A DNA stretch of 64,000 nucleotides from Myxococcales bacterium (GCA_022563535.1 JADFNE010000020.1:4040-68039); one strand, 5' to 3'; numbered from the stretch's first letter, positions 39,577 through 51,345 are shown. Numbers and translations: made by a program. The notes: a model not told the origin generated them from the sequence alone.

Positions 39577-40920
39577 GTGAGTCAAGAGAAGCGCAGCGTC
39601 GTCAACCTGCTTCAGGAATTTTCCATACCACTCTTGGTGGGCGTGGTGGCGGCGCTCTTCGCTGCCAACTTCGCTCACGGTTGGTACGAACACGCGGTGC
39701 ATTGGAAGCCGTTTGGGGATCTCGCCGTCTTTGGACACGAACTCACGCTTCACTTTCTGGTCAACGATATTTTCATGGTGCTGTTCTTTGGCATCGCGGC
39801 CAAAGAGATCACCGAGTCTTGCCTGCCCGGGGGTAGCCTGAATCCGCCGCGCAAGGCGATCAACCCGCTGATGGCCACCGTGGGCGGTATCGTTGGCCCG
39901 ATTCTCGTGTTCATCCTCGGCCTGATTGCTTGTTTCGAGCTGGGGATCTACGACCCCGCCGAAGTGGACTTCAATGCGCTGGCTCGGGGTTGGGGCGTGC
40001 CGACCGCAACCGATATCGCCCTGGCCTGGTTGGTTGCGCGGATGGTCTTTGGCAAAGGGCATCCAGCGGTGGCCTTCCTGTTGCTGCTCGCTGTCGCCGA
40101 CGATGCGGTCGGGCTGGGGATCATCGCCATCTTCTACGGCGATCCCAGCACACCCGCCGCCCACGCCTATCTCGGTCTCGTATTGCTCGGGATGGGCGTC
40201 ACATACGGCTTGCGGCGCATGGGAGTTCAGCAGTGGCCGGTCTACATCCTGACTGCGGGCCCAATCTCCTGGTGTGGTCTGATGCTGGCCCACCTGCATC
40301 CGGCGCTTGCGCTCGCGGTGGTCGTTCCATTCTTGCCGGCTCCCTCTCGGGATACCGGATTGTACGTGGACGAAGACGAAGTCGACCAAATGGGTGAGCA
40401 AGCGGCAGCGGAAAGCCATACGGAACACTCTCCGCTGCACCTGTTCGAGCATCAACGGAAGTCGACGGTGGACTTTGGGCTCTTCTTCTTTGCGTTCTGC
40501 AACGCGGGCGTGGTGTTGGCTTCGATTGGCCCCATGACCTGGCTGATCCTCGGCGCGTTGGTGATCGGCAAGACCGCCGGGGTCACGTTCATGGGCTTGC
40601 TGGCCCGACGACTCGGGTTTCCGCTTCCGGCGGGTATGGGGGTCGGCGACCTGGTCATGGCCGGGTTCATCGCTGCGCTCGGCTTGACGGTCGCGCTTTT
40701 TGTCGCGACCGCCGCATTTAACGATCCCGCGTTGCAGGGGCAAGCCAAGATGGGTGCGCTGTTTTCCGGCTTCGTCGGTCTGGCCGCCATCGTCGTGGCG
40801 CGGATCGTGAGTGCCGTCCAGGCTCGAGTCAGCGAAGCAGACGAATTGGGCCACGGTGCTGGTGCTGGGGTGGGGGATCATCTCCCTGTTCCAATGGCTG
40901 CCAAAGGTCCAGACGAATAG
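39577..40920 (+). CDS. nhaA: Na+/H+ antiporter NhaA
   Basis: Polytopic membrane protein. LHFLVNDIFMVLFFGIAAKEI (the WINDGLM..FF..GLEIK-like region) and VPTATDIALA. GTG at 39577 has a GGGAGGA SD 8 nt upstream. The ORF-track TTG at 39526 is less likely. Confidence 0.8.
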   Translation: MSQEKRSVVNLLQEFSIPLLVGVVAALFAANFAHGWYEHAVHWKPFGDLAVFGHELTLHFLVNDIFMVLFFGIAAKEITESCLPGGSLNPPRKAINPLMATVGGIVGPILVFILGLIACFELGIYDPAEVDFNALARGWGVPTATDIALAWLVARMVFGKGHPAVAFLLLLAVADDAVGLGIIAIFYGDPSTPAAHAYLGLVLLGMGVTYGLRRMGVQQWPVYILTAGPISWCGLMLAHLHPALALAVVVPFLPAPSRDTGLYVDEDEVDQMGEQAAAESHTEHSPLHLFEHQRKSTVDFGLFFFAFCNAGVVLASIGPMTWLILGALVIGKTAGVTFMGLLARRLGFPLPAGMGVGDLVMAGFIAALGLTVALFVATAAFNDPALQGQAKMGALFSGFVGLAAIVVARIVSAVQARVSEADELGHGAGAGVGDHLPVPMAAKGPDE

Positions 40921-40931
40921 CTGTTTCGCCA

Positions 40932-41004
40932 GATTGTCTGGGTTCAGGACTGCCTCTAGCTCGTGTTATGGTGATTTGGCTGGAAGATATTGGGATTGTC
41001 TGGG
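40932..41004. promoter_or_regulatory. Direct repeat GATTGTCTGGG (40932-40942 and 40994-41004) upstream of pdxR; candidate operator or promoter elements
   Basis: Two exact 11-mers whose starts are 62 bp apart, read directly. A regulatory role is inferred. Confidence 0.3.
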
Positions 41005-41041
41005 CATTGACTGAGTATTGACCGGATCTTAAGCTGGCGCG

Positions 41042-42523
41042 ATGCGTCTTCCCGACCTCGATCATTCCGGTCAATCGGACCTTCCGGTATACCAACAGAT
41101 CGCGAGCCAGCTGAGGCTTCAAATCGAATCTGGCGAGGTTGCTGCGGGAACGCGACTGCCGGCAATTCGCGCACTCGCGAAGGATCTCAGGGTCAACCGG
41201 GACACAGTTTCGATGGCGTACGAAGCCCTCGCCGCCCACGGACTGGTCGAATCCACCGTAGGTCGCGGAACCTTTGTGCGCCGGGAACGCGCCGAAGCCG
41301 AACAGGTCGCGGTGGCGTTGAGCGCACAGGTCGAACAACTGCTGCACTTCGACGCGGGGCGCCCCCGATACCCTGCGGTCGACAACGCGGTATCGCTGAA
41401 CTCGCTGGTGCCCGAAGCCTCTCTCTATCCGGTCAAAGAATTTCGGCGCTGTCTCGAACATGTGTTGGACGGGGGTGGGGCGGAACTGTTTTTGTACGGC
41501 GACACCCAGGGTCATCTGGGCCTGCGCGATGCGATCGCGGAGAGACTGCGCAAAGCGGATGTTCCCGTCGCCGCAAGCGAGATCGTACTGTGTCATGGTG
41601 CGAGCCAGGGGATCGCTCTCGCGATTCGGTTGTTCGCGTCTCAAGGGGACACGGTTGCGGTCGAATCCCCGACTTACCACAACGTGCTCGGCACCCTGGT
41701 GAGTTTTGGAGTGCGCGCGGCGGAAGTGCCGATGAATTCGGACGGACCCGACCTCGATGCGCTCGATCGACTGTTGGCGCGTCCCGAGGTCAAGGCTTTC
41801 TACACGATTCCAACTTTTCACAACCCGATGGGAACGACCACGGGCGTAGCGCATCGCCGGGCATTGCTCCGGGTGGCGGCGCGACACGGCAAACCGATCA
41901 TTGAAGACGCCTTCGAAATGGATCTGCGCTTGCGTGGACAGCAGGTTCTTCCCCTCGCGGCGCTGGACGAGGTGGGCAGCGTGGTCCATCTCAGTTCCTT
42001 CTCAAAGTCCCTGTTCCCGGGTGTTCGCACCGGTGCGCTGGCGGCCCGAGGACGAGCGGTCGAAGGGCTGGTCGCCCTCAAACACGCATCAGATCTAGCG
42101 GACTCGCTTCCGCTGCAGGCCGCGATGGAAGAGTTCATACGGGCGGGGCACTACGACCGGCATTTGGAACGGCTGAAACCGATCTTGCGGAGTCGACTCG
42201 ACTGCATGCTCGAGGCCCTGTCAGAATTGATGCCCGAAGGAACCCAGGTGACCGAACCCGAGGGTGGCTATCAGGTCTGGGTCGAGTTGCCGTTCGAGGT
42301 GGATACCCGCGATCTGATGGCAGACGCCGCTCGCGCGGGGGTGTTGTTCGCCCCGGGATCGCATTTTCTTCCCGACCGCGGTCCATCCCGCGGCATGCGG
42401 CTGACCATTGCCCAGGCCGAGGTCAGCGAGATCCGTCGCGGCATCGAAGCCCTGGCGAAGGTGGTCAACAGCGCGAGCACGACCCGGACGCCGGAGCCCC
42501 TGACAGCAGGCGCCCACTTGTAA
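41042..42523 (+). CDS. pdxR: MocR/GntR-family regulator with an aminotransferase-like domain (PdxR-like)
   Basis: N-terminal GntR wHTH ([48 protein letters not shown]). C-terminal fold-type I PLP domain with [13 protein letters not shown]. Immediately upstream of pdxS-pdxT. Confidence 0.8.
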   Translation: MRLPDLDHSGQSDLPVYQQIASQLRLQIESGEVAAGTRLPAIRALAKDLRVNRDTVSMAYEALAAHGLVESTVGRGTFVRRERAEAEQVAVALSAQVEQLLHFDAGRPRYPAVDNAVSLNSLVPEASLYPVKEFRRCLEHVLDGGGAELFLYGDTQGHLGLRDAIAERLRKADVPVAASEIVLCHGASQGIALAIRLFASQGDTVAVESPTYHNVLGTLVSFGVRAAEVPMNSDGPDLDALDRLLARPEVKAFYTIPTFHNPMGTTTGVAHRRALLRVAARHGKPIIEDAFEMDLRLRGQQVLPLAALDEVGSVVHLSSFSKSLFPGVRTGALAARGRAVEGLVALKHASDLADSLPLQAAMEEFIRAGHYDRHLERLKPILRSRLDCMLEALSELMPEGTQVTEPEGGYQVWVELPFEVDTRDLMADAARAGVLFAPGSHFLPDRGPSRGMRLTIAQAEVSEIRRGIEALAKVVNSASTTRTPEPLTAGAHL

Positions 42524-42532
42524 AAATCGATC

Positions 42533-42573
42533 GTCCGCTCGCCCTCCACTGAAGTGGACACCGTCGGGCGGAC
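42533..42573. promoter_or_regulatory. Nested inverted repeat between pdxR and pdxS (GTCCGC...TCCACTGAAGTGGA...GCGGAC)
   Basis: Perfect 14-bp palindrome at 42545-42558, flanked by a 6-bp inverted repeat. Could be the pdxR terminator or a PdxR operator. Confidence 0.35.
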
Positions 42574-42614
42574 AAGACCAAAGCGGCAAACGTGCCGCAA
42601 GGAGGAGTGACAGC

Positions 42615-43547
42615 ATGGCGAGCAAGGCAGACGAGACGAAGAGCAGAACCAATGGCGCTGGGCGAACGACCGCCGAGGCCTTCGAACTCAAGGTCGGGTT
42701 GGCGGAAATGATGAAGGGCGGCGTGATCATGGACGTCACCAACGCCGAACAAGCCAAGCTCGCCGAAAGCGCAGGCGCGTGTGCGGTGATGGCGCTCGAA
42801 CGCGTGCCGTCGGACATTCGCCGCGATGGTGGTGTTGCGCGCATGAGCCAGGTCGAGATGATCGAAGAGATCCAAAAATGTGTCTCGATCCCCGTGATGG
42901 CCAAGGTGCGAATCGGGCACATGATGGAAGCTCGGGTTCTCGAAGCCATGGGAATCGATTTCATCGATGAGAGCGAAGTATTGACCCCGGCCGATGAGGC
43001 TCACCATGTCGACAAGCACGCGTACAAGGTCCCGTTCGTCTGCGGTGCACGCAATCTCGGGGAGGCGTTGCGCAGGATCGGCGAGGGCGCGGCGATGATT
43101 CGCACCAAGGGCGAGGCCGGCAGCGGAAACATCGTCGAAGCGGTGCGGCACCTGCGCACCGTGATTGGTGACATTCGCGCACTCGGCGCACTGCGGCCGG
43201 AAGAATTGATGGCGCAGGCAAAGGATCTGGGCGCGCCCTACGACCTCGTGTGTTACGTCCACGAAAATGGTCGCTTGCCGGTGCCCAACTTTGCCGCGGG
43301 TGGGGTGGCGACACCGCCCGATGCGGCGTTGTGCCGCATGCTCGGGGCCGAAGCCGTGTTCGTCGGATCGGGGATCTTCAAGAGCGCCGATCCGGAGGCG
43401 CGCGCCCGGGCCATCGTGCGCGCCTGCACCCACTGGGAGGATCCGGCCGAGGTGCTCGAGTCCTGCCGAGGGCTGGGCGACGCCATGGAGGGGATTGAAA
43501 TGGAGACCCTCGACGAGAGCCAGCGGATGGCAAACCGCGGCTGGTAG
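42615..43547 (+). CDS. pdxS: Pyridoxal 5'-phosphate synthase lyase subunit PdxS
   Basis: [57 protein letters not shown]. Confidence 0.95.
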   Translation: MASKADETKSRTNGAGRTTAEAFELKVGLAEMMKGGVIMDVTNAEQAKLAESAGACAVMALERVPSDIRRDGGVARMSQVEMIEEIQKCVSIPVMAKVRIGHMMEARVLEAMGIDFIDESEVLTPADEAHHVDKHAYKVPFVCGARNLGEALRRIGEGAAMIRTKGEAGSGNIVEAVRHLRTVIGDIRALGALRPEELMAQAKDLGAPYDLVCYVHENGRLPVPNFAAGGVATPPDAALCRMLGAEAVFVGSGIFKSADPEARARAIVRACTHWEDPAEVLESCRGLGDAMEGIEMETLDESQRMANRGW

Positions 43548-43613
43548 CGCCGGATCATTGTTTCGAAGATCAGGTTTCGAAGATCAGGTTTTGAAGCTCG
43601 GGAGAAGAACCAC

Positions 43614-44195
43614 GTGAACGTCGGAATCTTGGCCATCCAGGGAGACGTCGATGCACACGCCCAGGCGCTCGAGCGCCTGGGCGCGAGCACCCAGCCGGTT
43701 TTGCGAGAAAAGCACCTCGCCGAGATCGACGCATTGGTGCTGCCCGGGGGAGAAAGCACGACCATCGCCAAGGGGTTGGATCGCCTCGGGCTCTACGGGC
43801 CGCTGCTCTCCTTTGCCGAATCCGGTCGACCCATTCTCGGAACCTGCGCCGGGGCAATTCTGCTCGCCAAAGCCTCCCAGAACCATCCGGTCAGAACCCT
43901 GGGCCTGATCGATCTCGTGGCGCATCGCAACGCCTACGGAACCCAGGTCGATTCCTTTGCGGCCGTGGCCGATACCCCAGAGCAGGGAGCTCCCGAGGCT
44001 GCGAGGGCCTTTTCGGGGCTTCGCTGCGTGTTCATCCGCGCGCCGCGCCTGGCGGAGCTTTCCTCCGATGTCGAAGTATTGGTCCGGGTCGAGGGGGCTC
44101 CGGTGCTGGTCCGCCGGGATAATCTGATCGTCTGCACATTCCACCCAGAGCTGGGCGGCGACCCGCGGGTCCACCAGTTGCTCGATCCGGCGTAA
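43614..44195 (+). CDS. pdxT: Pyridoxal 5'-phosphate synthase glutaminase subunit PdxT
   Basis: VGILAIQGDV..H, LPGGESTT, GTCAGAILL, FHPEL. Confidence 0.9.
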   Translation: MNVGILAIQGDVDAHAQALERLGASTQPVLREKHLAEIDALVLPGGESTTIAKGLDRLGLYGPLLSFAESGRPILGTCAGAILLAKASQNHPVRTLGLIDLVAHRNAYGTQVDSFAAVADTPEQGAPEAARAFSGLRCVFIRAPRLAELSSDVEVLVRVEGAPVLVRRDNLIVCTFHPELGGDPRVHQLLDPA

Positions 44196-44293
44196 ATCCC
44201 TTGCCCCAGCGCGGGTCTATGGTATCCATTGTCGCCCCGAAGGCGGGCGCCATGTCCGCACGGGTCTTATCCATATTCCTCAGTCCCCACATT

Positions 44294-44353
44294 GGTCGCG
44301 TTCGAGCCCGTCGAAGCGACCGTCGGATGGGGGCTCGGGCACCTCGAGTGCCC
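44294..44353 (+). promoter_or_regulatory. Two stable hairpins in the rpsF 5' leader (candidate S6:S18 autoregulatory leader)
   Basis: Hairpin 1 at 44294-44321: GGTCGC(G)TTCGA-GCCCG-TCGAAGCGACC. Hairpin 2 at 44337-44353: GGGCAC-CTCGA-GTGCCC. They are followed by an AGGAGG SD and the TTG start at 44371. Function is inferred. Confidence 0.35.
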
Positions 44354-44370
44354 GTCCAGGAGGCGCCTCA

Positions 44371-45006
44371 TTGCGGGAATACGAAACGACTATCATCGTC
44401 CAGCCGGAAATTTCCGCGGACGGCACTGCTGCGATCTTCGAGCGGGTCGGCCGGGCCTTCACTGAGCACGATTCCGTTCGGCTCTTGTGCGAAGACCTGG
44501 GCAAGCGAAAGCTCGCCTACGAGATTCGCAAGTTTCACAAGGGCCACTATTACGTTCTCTCGTTTTTGGACGACGGCCAGGTCATTCCGGCCTTCGAGCG
44601 CGTGCTTCGACTCAACGAGTCGGTGCTGCGTTTCATGACCATTCAGACGGACCCCGATGTCACCGACGTCGAAGCGCGCAAGGTTGTAGCTGCCGAAGCC
44701 GAAGCCGAGCAGGTGCGCAAGGCAGAGGAGCGCGCAGTGCGCGAGGAAGAAGAGGCCAAGGCAAGGGCAGAAATCGAACGCGTGGCCGCCGAGGAAGCAG
44801 CGGCTGCAGCGCGCGAAGCCGCGGCCGCCGCCGAAGAGGCCGCTCCAGCGGACGGTGATTCGGAAGAGCCGGCCGCCGCCGAGACTGAGGGTGCTGAAGC
44901 TGCCAAATCCGACGCCAAATCCGACGCCAAAGACGCTGCCGAGTCGAGCAAAAAAGCGAGTGACGCCGATGAGGCTGGCGACTCGAGCGAGGAGGAGACC
45001 TCATGA
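44371..45006 (+). CDS. rpsF: 30S ribosomal protein S6 with a ~115-residue Ala/Glu-rich C-terminal extension
   Basis: [12 protein letters not shown]...[19 protein letters not shown] core, then [26 protein letters not shown]...DSSEEETS. Confidence 0.9.
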   Translation: MREYETTIIVQPEISADGTAAIFERVGRAFTEHDSVRLLCEDLGKRKLAYEIRKFHKGHYYVLSFLDDGQVIPAFERVLRLNESVLRFMTIQTDPDVTDVEARKVVAAEAEAEQVRKAEERAVREEEEAKARAEIERVAAEEAAAAAREAAAAAEEAAPADGDSEEPAAAETEGAEAAKSDAKSDAKDAAESSKKASDADEAGDSSEEETS

Positions 45007-45386
45007 GCGAAGAAGTCGGCCGCACCGAGACGGACCAGGGTGAACGCGACGATCGCGTTGAACGAAGCCCCCGACCCTCTAGCGATCGTCCGAGCCGGGG
45101 CAGCTGGAGCGTAAAGGCCAAGCTCCGTGCGCGAGCGCGCAAGAAGGCACGCAAGGCCAAGAAGGGCATGTTCCAGCGGCGCAAGGTTTGCCGCTACTGC
45201 GCGGACAAGAAGCTGGTCCTCAGTTACAAGGACCCGAAGACGCTCAGGCTTTTCATTTCCGAGACGGGCAAGGTGACGCCGCGCCGGATCTCCGGGACCT
45301 GCGCGAAACACCAGCGCAAGCTGGCGACTGCGATCAAACGCGCGCGTCAAATTGCCCTCCTGCCCATCGCGGCAGGGCATATGTAG
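45003..45386 (+). CDS. rpsR: 30S ribosomal protein S18 with a basic/acidic N-terminal extension
   Basis: ATGA overlap with rpsF. Core [63 protein letters not shown]. Confidence 0.92.
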   Translation: MSEEVGRTETDQGERDDRVERSPRPSSDRPSRGSWSVKAKLRARARKKARKAKKGMFQRRKVCRYCADKKLVLSYKDPKTLRLFISETGKVTPRRISGTCAKHQRKLATAIKRARQIALLPIAAGHM

Positions 45387-45397
45387 CGAGGGACAAC

Positions 45398-45853
45398 ATG
45401 AGTGCGATCGATGTGATTCTGCGCGAGAACGTGGCCAAGCTCGGCAGCGCCGGCGACCTCGTCAGCGTGAAACCCGGCTTCGCCCGCAACTACCTGGTTC
45501 CCGGCGGGATGGCGATTCTTGCCACCCACGCAAACGTCAAGGCGTTGGAACACAACAAGCGCGTAATCTCCGAAAAGCTCGCCAAGGACCTGAAAGACTT
45601 GCGCGCAACCTCGCACAAGTTGAAGAGCATGGTGATCGAGGTCAAGCGGCGCGCTGGCGAAGACGGCAAGCTCTTCGGGTCGGTCACCACGCAGAACATC
45701 GCCGAGTTGATCGCGGAGAAGGGCATGAAGATCGATCGCCGCAAGATCGTGTTGCCCGAGTCGATCAAAGAAGTTGGCGAGCACACGATCGGAATCAAAC
45801 TCCATTCGGATATTGATACGACTGTGAAGCTGATCGTGAGCCTCGAAGAGTAG
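45398..45853 (+). CDS. rplI: 50S ribosomal protein L9
   Basis: IDVILRENVAKLGSAGDLVSVKPGFARNYLVPGGMA. ATG at 45398. The ORF-track start 45188 overlaps rpsR and is rejected. Confidence 0.92.
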   Translation: MSAIDVILRENVAKLGSAGDLVSVKPGFARNYLVPGGMAILATHANVKALEHNKRVISEKLAKDLKDLRATSHKLKSMVIEVKRRAGEDGKLFGSVTTQNIAELIAEKGMKIDRRKIVLPESIKEVGEHTIGIKLHSDIDTTVKLIVSLEE

Positions 45854-46124
45854 ACGTTCGCAGGCACCCGGTGCCTTCACGTCCAGCTTCTCGTTTGGCC
45901 TCTCTTGGCTTCTCTTTGGGGCGCTTCCATCGCGGCGGATGCATTTCTCCGGACACGTTGAGATTCCCGCCCCGTCCCCGATTCGATCCCGTTATACTGC
46001 GGTGGTCACATCCGGCGTCGTTTCATTGCATCGGGCTGCCGATTCGTGACCACCTTACTCTGCCCTCGAGTCGCTGTGCAGACGCGCGTTCGAAATCGAG
46101 ACCAGTCAAATTGAGGACGCCAAG

Positions 46125-47600
<1,476 letters not shown>

Positions 47601-48518
47601 GTGCCCGCGCTTCGCAAGCCGCGCGCGCTGAAGCAAGGCGCGACGATCGGAATCGCCGCGCCCGCCGGGCCCATCGAGCCTGCGCGTCTCGCAGCTGGCG
47701 TCGCGATGCTGGGTAAACTCGGCTTCGAGGTTGTCCAGGCCGACGATCTGACCCGCAGTGCGGGTTATCTCGCGGGTTCCGACGAACGTCGTGCAGCAGA
47801 ATTCATGCAGCTGGTTGCAGATCCCGACATCGACGCGATCTACTGCGCCCGGGGCGGTTATGGCTGCCATCGCATCATCTCACGGCTCGACCCCAAAGCC
47901 GTGCGCAGTGCCGCCAAACCTTTGATGGGGTACAGCGACATCACGACACTGCTGCTCTGGCAACTGCGCCAGGCGGGGCTGATGGGCTTTCACGGGCCCA
48001 TGTTCGACCGCCCCGACGATCTCACGGCAGCAAGCAGGCGAGCGATCACGACATCGCTGCTCGGCATCGGGCCGCCTCCGCGGATTTCGGGCAAGCCCAT
48101 GGTGCGCGGCTGGGGAGAGGGTCGACTCACCGGTGGATCGCTCAAATTGGTGGTGGGGAGCCTGGGCACACCCTGGGAAATCGAGACCCGGGATTCGATC
48201 CTGTTGCTCGAAGAGACCCATGAGCCGCCCTACAGCATCGACCGAATGCTCTCGCAGTTGCAATCCGCGGGCAAGTTCGATGATGTCGTCGGGATCGGCA
48301 TCGGCACCTTCGCCGATTGCACCAATTCGTCCATGCCCCAGCCGACGGCGTCTGCCGTGCTGGAAGAACTCCTCACGCCGCTGGGGGTTCCGATCGTTTG
48401 CGAACTTCCCTTTGGCCACGCCGATGAGAACCTCGCCTGGGCTGTGGGTGTGCGCGCCGCAATTGACGGAGACCGCGGCGAGATCGAAATGTTGGAATTG
48501 GCGGTGGCGAAACGCTAG
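47601..48518 (+). CDS. ldcA: LD-carboxypeptidase (peptidase S66, LdcA/MccF-like)
   Basis: GTG immediately after the dnaB stop. LKQGATIGIAAPAG..., ARGGYGCHRI, and GYSDITTLL (nucleophile Ser). Confidence 0.8.
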   Translation: MPALRKPRALKQGATIGIAAPAGPIEPARLAAGVAMLGKLGFEVVQADDLTRSAGYLAGSDERRAAEFMQLVADPDIDAIYCARGGYGCHRIISRLDPKAVRSAAKPLMGYSDITTLLLWQLRQAGLMGFHGPMFDRPDDLTAASRRAITTSLLGIGPPPRISGKPMVRGWGEGRLTGGSLKLVVGSLGTPWEIETRDSILLLEETHEPPYSIDRMLSQLQSAGKFDDVVGIGIGTFADCTNSSMPQPTASAVLEELLTPLGVPIVCELPFGHADENLAWAVGVRAAIDGDRGEIEMLELAVAKR

Positions 48519-48620
48519 GAATCAGCGCGGACGACCCGTGTGGTTATCTCGTCGCAGATTGGCGAACGCGCAAAACTGCTGGATAGCGCTGGATAAGGTT
48601 CGAAAGACCATGGATCGACG

Positions 48621-49790
48621 ATGAAACGAAGCATCATCAACCGAAAGTTGGCGCGCGTCCCGAAGGCGATCGAAAAATCGATCGAGAAGGCAGAGATTCC
48701 GGGCGCCGTCGTGCTCGCTCGCATGCCGATCGAGAACGAACTCGTCGAGCACGTTTGCGTGCGCGGTCACGCGGTGCTTCAACCGGAGCGTTTGCCGATG
48801 ACCCGGAAAACGGTCTTCGATCTGGCCTCTCTCACCAAACCGATGGCCACGACCTCGGCCATCCTGCTGCTCGTGAAAGAGGGAGCGATCAATCTTCACG
48901 ATCCCGTATCAAAGGTGTTGCCCGAGTTTGCGGATCGCGACAAAGACGCCGTCACCCTGCGACACCTGCTCACTCACTCGTCTGGGCTCAGGCCCTGGCG
49001 GGCCTTCCACGAGCTGTTGATCCGCAAAGAACGCAAGAGTTTTGATCGCATCCTCGGCACACCGGAAGGGCGCGAATGGATCCTCGAGCGGGTGATTCGC
49101 TCGGGGCTCGTGCACGATCCCGGCGAAGCCGCGGTCTACGGGGATCTCGACTTCATGACCCTCGGTGCAGTCGTCGAAGCCGTGGCACAACAACCCCTCG
49201 ACGTTTTTTGCGCGGAGCAGATCTTCGGGCCACTGGGGATGAAGGACACGCGCTTTTTGCCGCTGCCCGTCGACGGCACGAGTTCGCAAGACGCGGTCCC
49301 GGCAGAATTGCGCCGCCGCATTGCCGCCACCGAAAACTGTTCATGGCGCGACCGCATTCTCTGGGGCGAAGTGCACGATCCGAATGCGTCGGCGATGGGA
49401 GGAGTGGCGGGACACGCGGGGTTGTTCGCCACCGCGGACGACGTCATGACCTTTGCCGGGGCCTTCCTCGACGGCTGGCACGGCCGCAGCGATCTATTCC
49501 CCAAAACCCTGGTGCGCGAATTCTGCACTCGGCAGCATCTGCCCGAGGACTCCGACTGGGCAATGGGTTGGGACACGCCGACCCAGGGGGCTTCATCTTC
49601 CGGCAATTATTTTTCTCCCAACTCCGTCGGACACCTCGGGTTTACCGGAACTTCTCTTTGGATCGATCTCGAACGGGAAGCCATCGTCGTCATGCTCACC
49701 AATCGCGTGCATCTGGTCGCGAAGCGAAGTCGCTTCGAACTTCGGCCCAAGATTCACGACTTCATCATAGATGCCTTCATCTCCGGCTGA
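48621..49790 (+). CDS. Serine hydrolase of the beta-lactamase / transpeptidase-like fold
   Basis: SxxK motif in FDLASLTKPMATTSAILLLV; LLTHSSGL; GHLGFTGTSLWID near the C-terminus. Confidence 0.8.
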   Translation: MKRSIINRKLARVPKAIEKSIEKAEIPGAVVLARMPIENELVEHVCVRGHAVLQPERLPMTRKTVFDLASLTKPMATTSAILLLVKEGAINLHDPVSKVLPEFADRDKDAVTLRHLLTHSSGLRPWRAFHELLIRKERKSFDRILGTPEGREWILERVIRSGLVHDPGEAAVYGDLDFMTLGAVVEAVAQQPLDVFCAEQIFGPLGMKDTRFLPLPVDGTSSQDAVPAELRRRIAATENCSWRDRILWGEVHDPNASAMGGVAGHAGLFATADDVMTFAGAFLDGWHGRSDLFPKTLVREFCTRQHLPEDSDWAMGWDTPTQGASSSGNYFSPNSVGHLGFTGTSLWIDLEREAIVVMLTNRVHLVAKRSRFELRPKIHDFIIDAFISG

Positions 49791-51345
49791 TCCGAGCGGC
49801 GCGGTCGAAGCCCCGGAAAAGGCACCCGAGAAGGCGCCGATCGGCGAACTGAATCGCGTGCATTTTATCGCCGTCGGGGGCACGGGCATGGGCTCCCTGG
49901 CCGGCTTGCTCAAACGCCGGGGAATTGACGTCACGGGTTCGGACAAAGCCCTGTACCCACCCATGAGTCTCGCGCTGGACGATTGGGGGATCTCGCCAAG
50001 CGAGGGATTCGATCCGGCACACCTCGAGGCCGCAGCCTCTACTTCGGGCCGCGCCCCCGATCTCATCGTGATTGGCAATGCCGTTCGCCCCGACAACCCG
50101 GAAGCCGTGGCGGCCATTGCGTCGGGTATTCCCTATCGCTCGTTTTCGGACGCGCTGTTCGAGTTGGCGATGGCGGACAAGCATCGCATCGTAATCTCGG
50201 GTACCCACGGTAAAACGACCACCACGAGCATCACCGCGTATCTGCTGCTCGCGACCGGGCGCGATCCATCGCTGCTGGTGGGCGGCATCAGTCTCGATTT
50301 TGACGGGAGCTTCCGCGAGGGTACGGGCAAGCACTTCGTCGTCGAAGGCGATGAATACGACACCGCCTTCTTCGACAAGACGCCCAAGTTCCTGCATTAC
50401 CATCCCGCGAGTCTGATTTTGACTTCGGTCGAGTTCGACCACGCCGATATCTACCGCGACCTCGATCACGTGAAGTCGGCGTTTCGCGATCTGGTCGCCG
50501 CAATGCCCGACACGGCTTGCATCGTGGCAGATTGGGGTCGTGAGCACGTGCGCGAAATTGCAGGCCGCGCCAGCTGCAGCGTGGTGAAGTATCTGGTGGT
50601 GGAAGAGGGCGAGGCGCCCGACGATGTCTGGCATACAGACGGTGTCGACTGGATCGCAGACCAGCTCGAACCCAGCGAGCAGGGCACGCGCTTTCGCCTG
50701 CGCCTACGCCAGTACAAGAGCGGTCAGCACAAGAGCGAGTCGCACTCGGTCTTGATGCCGCTCTACGGCGGCTTCAACGTCGCAAACAGCATCGCGGCCC
50801 TGGCCGTTCTCGAACGCGAGGGCGTTCCACTTTCAGAAACCATTCCCGCGCTCGCGAATTTTCGGGGCGTCAAGCGGCGTCAAGAGATCCGCGGCAAGGT
50901 TCGGGGGGTCACGGTGATCGACGACTTCGCTCACCATCCCACGGCGGTGCGCGCGTCGATCGGCGCCGTGCGCGCCCAGTTCCCAGGTCAGCGCTTGATC
51001 GCCATCTTCGAAGCGCGAACCAACACGAGTCGCCGGGCGGTTTTTCAGGACGCGTATGCCCAGGCTTTTGGCGGGGCCGATCGCGTGGTTCTGCGCGAAC
51101 TTCCCGTCGAGCCCATTTACAGCAATACCGGTGAGCCAACCGAATTGTTCTCGGCCGAGGTGTTGGCCAGCGCACTCGAGGACCAGGGAATCGCGACCCA
51201 GATCTTCGCGGACATCGATGCCGCCGCAATGGATCAAGCCGCGCAGATGGAACCCGGAGACGTTGTCCTGGTGATGAGCAACGGAGCGTTCGGCGATATC
51301 TGGCAGAAGATCTTGACCGCGCTGGAAGCGGGAGAGCGGCCGTGA
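49771..51345 (+). CDS. mpl: UDP-N-acetylmuramate:L-alanyl-gamma-D-glutamyl-meso-diaminopimelate ligase (Mpl)
   Basis: VHFIAVGGTGMGSLAGLLKRRGIDVTGSDKALYPPMS (Mpl-type YPPMS) and the Mur ligase P-loop ISGTHGKTTT. Confidence 0.85.
   Translation: MPSSPADPSGAVEAPEKAPEKAPIGELNRVHFIAVGGTGMGSLAGLLKRRGIDVTGSDKALYPPMSLALDDWGISPSEGFDPAHLEAAASTSGRAPDLIVIGNAVRPDNPEAVAAIASGIPYRSFSDALFELAMADKHRIVISGTHGKTTTTSITAYLLLATGRDPSLLVGGISLDFDGSFREGTGKHFVVEGDEYDTAFFDKTPKFLHYHPASLILTSVEFDHADIYRDLDHVKSAFRDLVAAMPDTACIVADWGREHVREIAGRASCSVVKYLVVEEGEAPDDVWHTDGVDWIADQLEPSEQGTRFRLRLRQYKSGQHKSESHSVLMPLYGGFNVANSIAALAVLEREGVPLSETIPALANFRGVKRRQEIRGKVRGVTVIDDFAHHPTAVRASIGAVRAQFPGQRLIAIFEARTNTSRRAVFQDAYAQAFGGADRVVLRELPVEPIYSNTGEPTELFSAEVLASALEDQGIATQIFADIDAAAMDQAAQMEPGDVVLVMSNGAFGDIWQKILTALEAGERP

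Noticed and set aside
39529-40881. 450-aa ORF on the minus strand, opposite nhaA
   Set aside because: Same artefact. The plus strand encodes a coherent polytopic membrane protein. The antisense product is Arg/His/Asp/Gly-rich with no motifs.
45854-46124. Hairpin AGGCAC-CCG-GTGCCT after rplI as a terminator
   Set aside because: The stem is only 6 bp with a 3-nt loop and no U-tract. Too weak to call.
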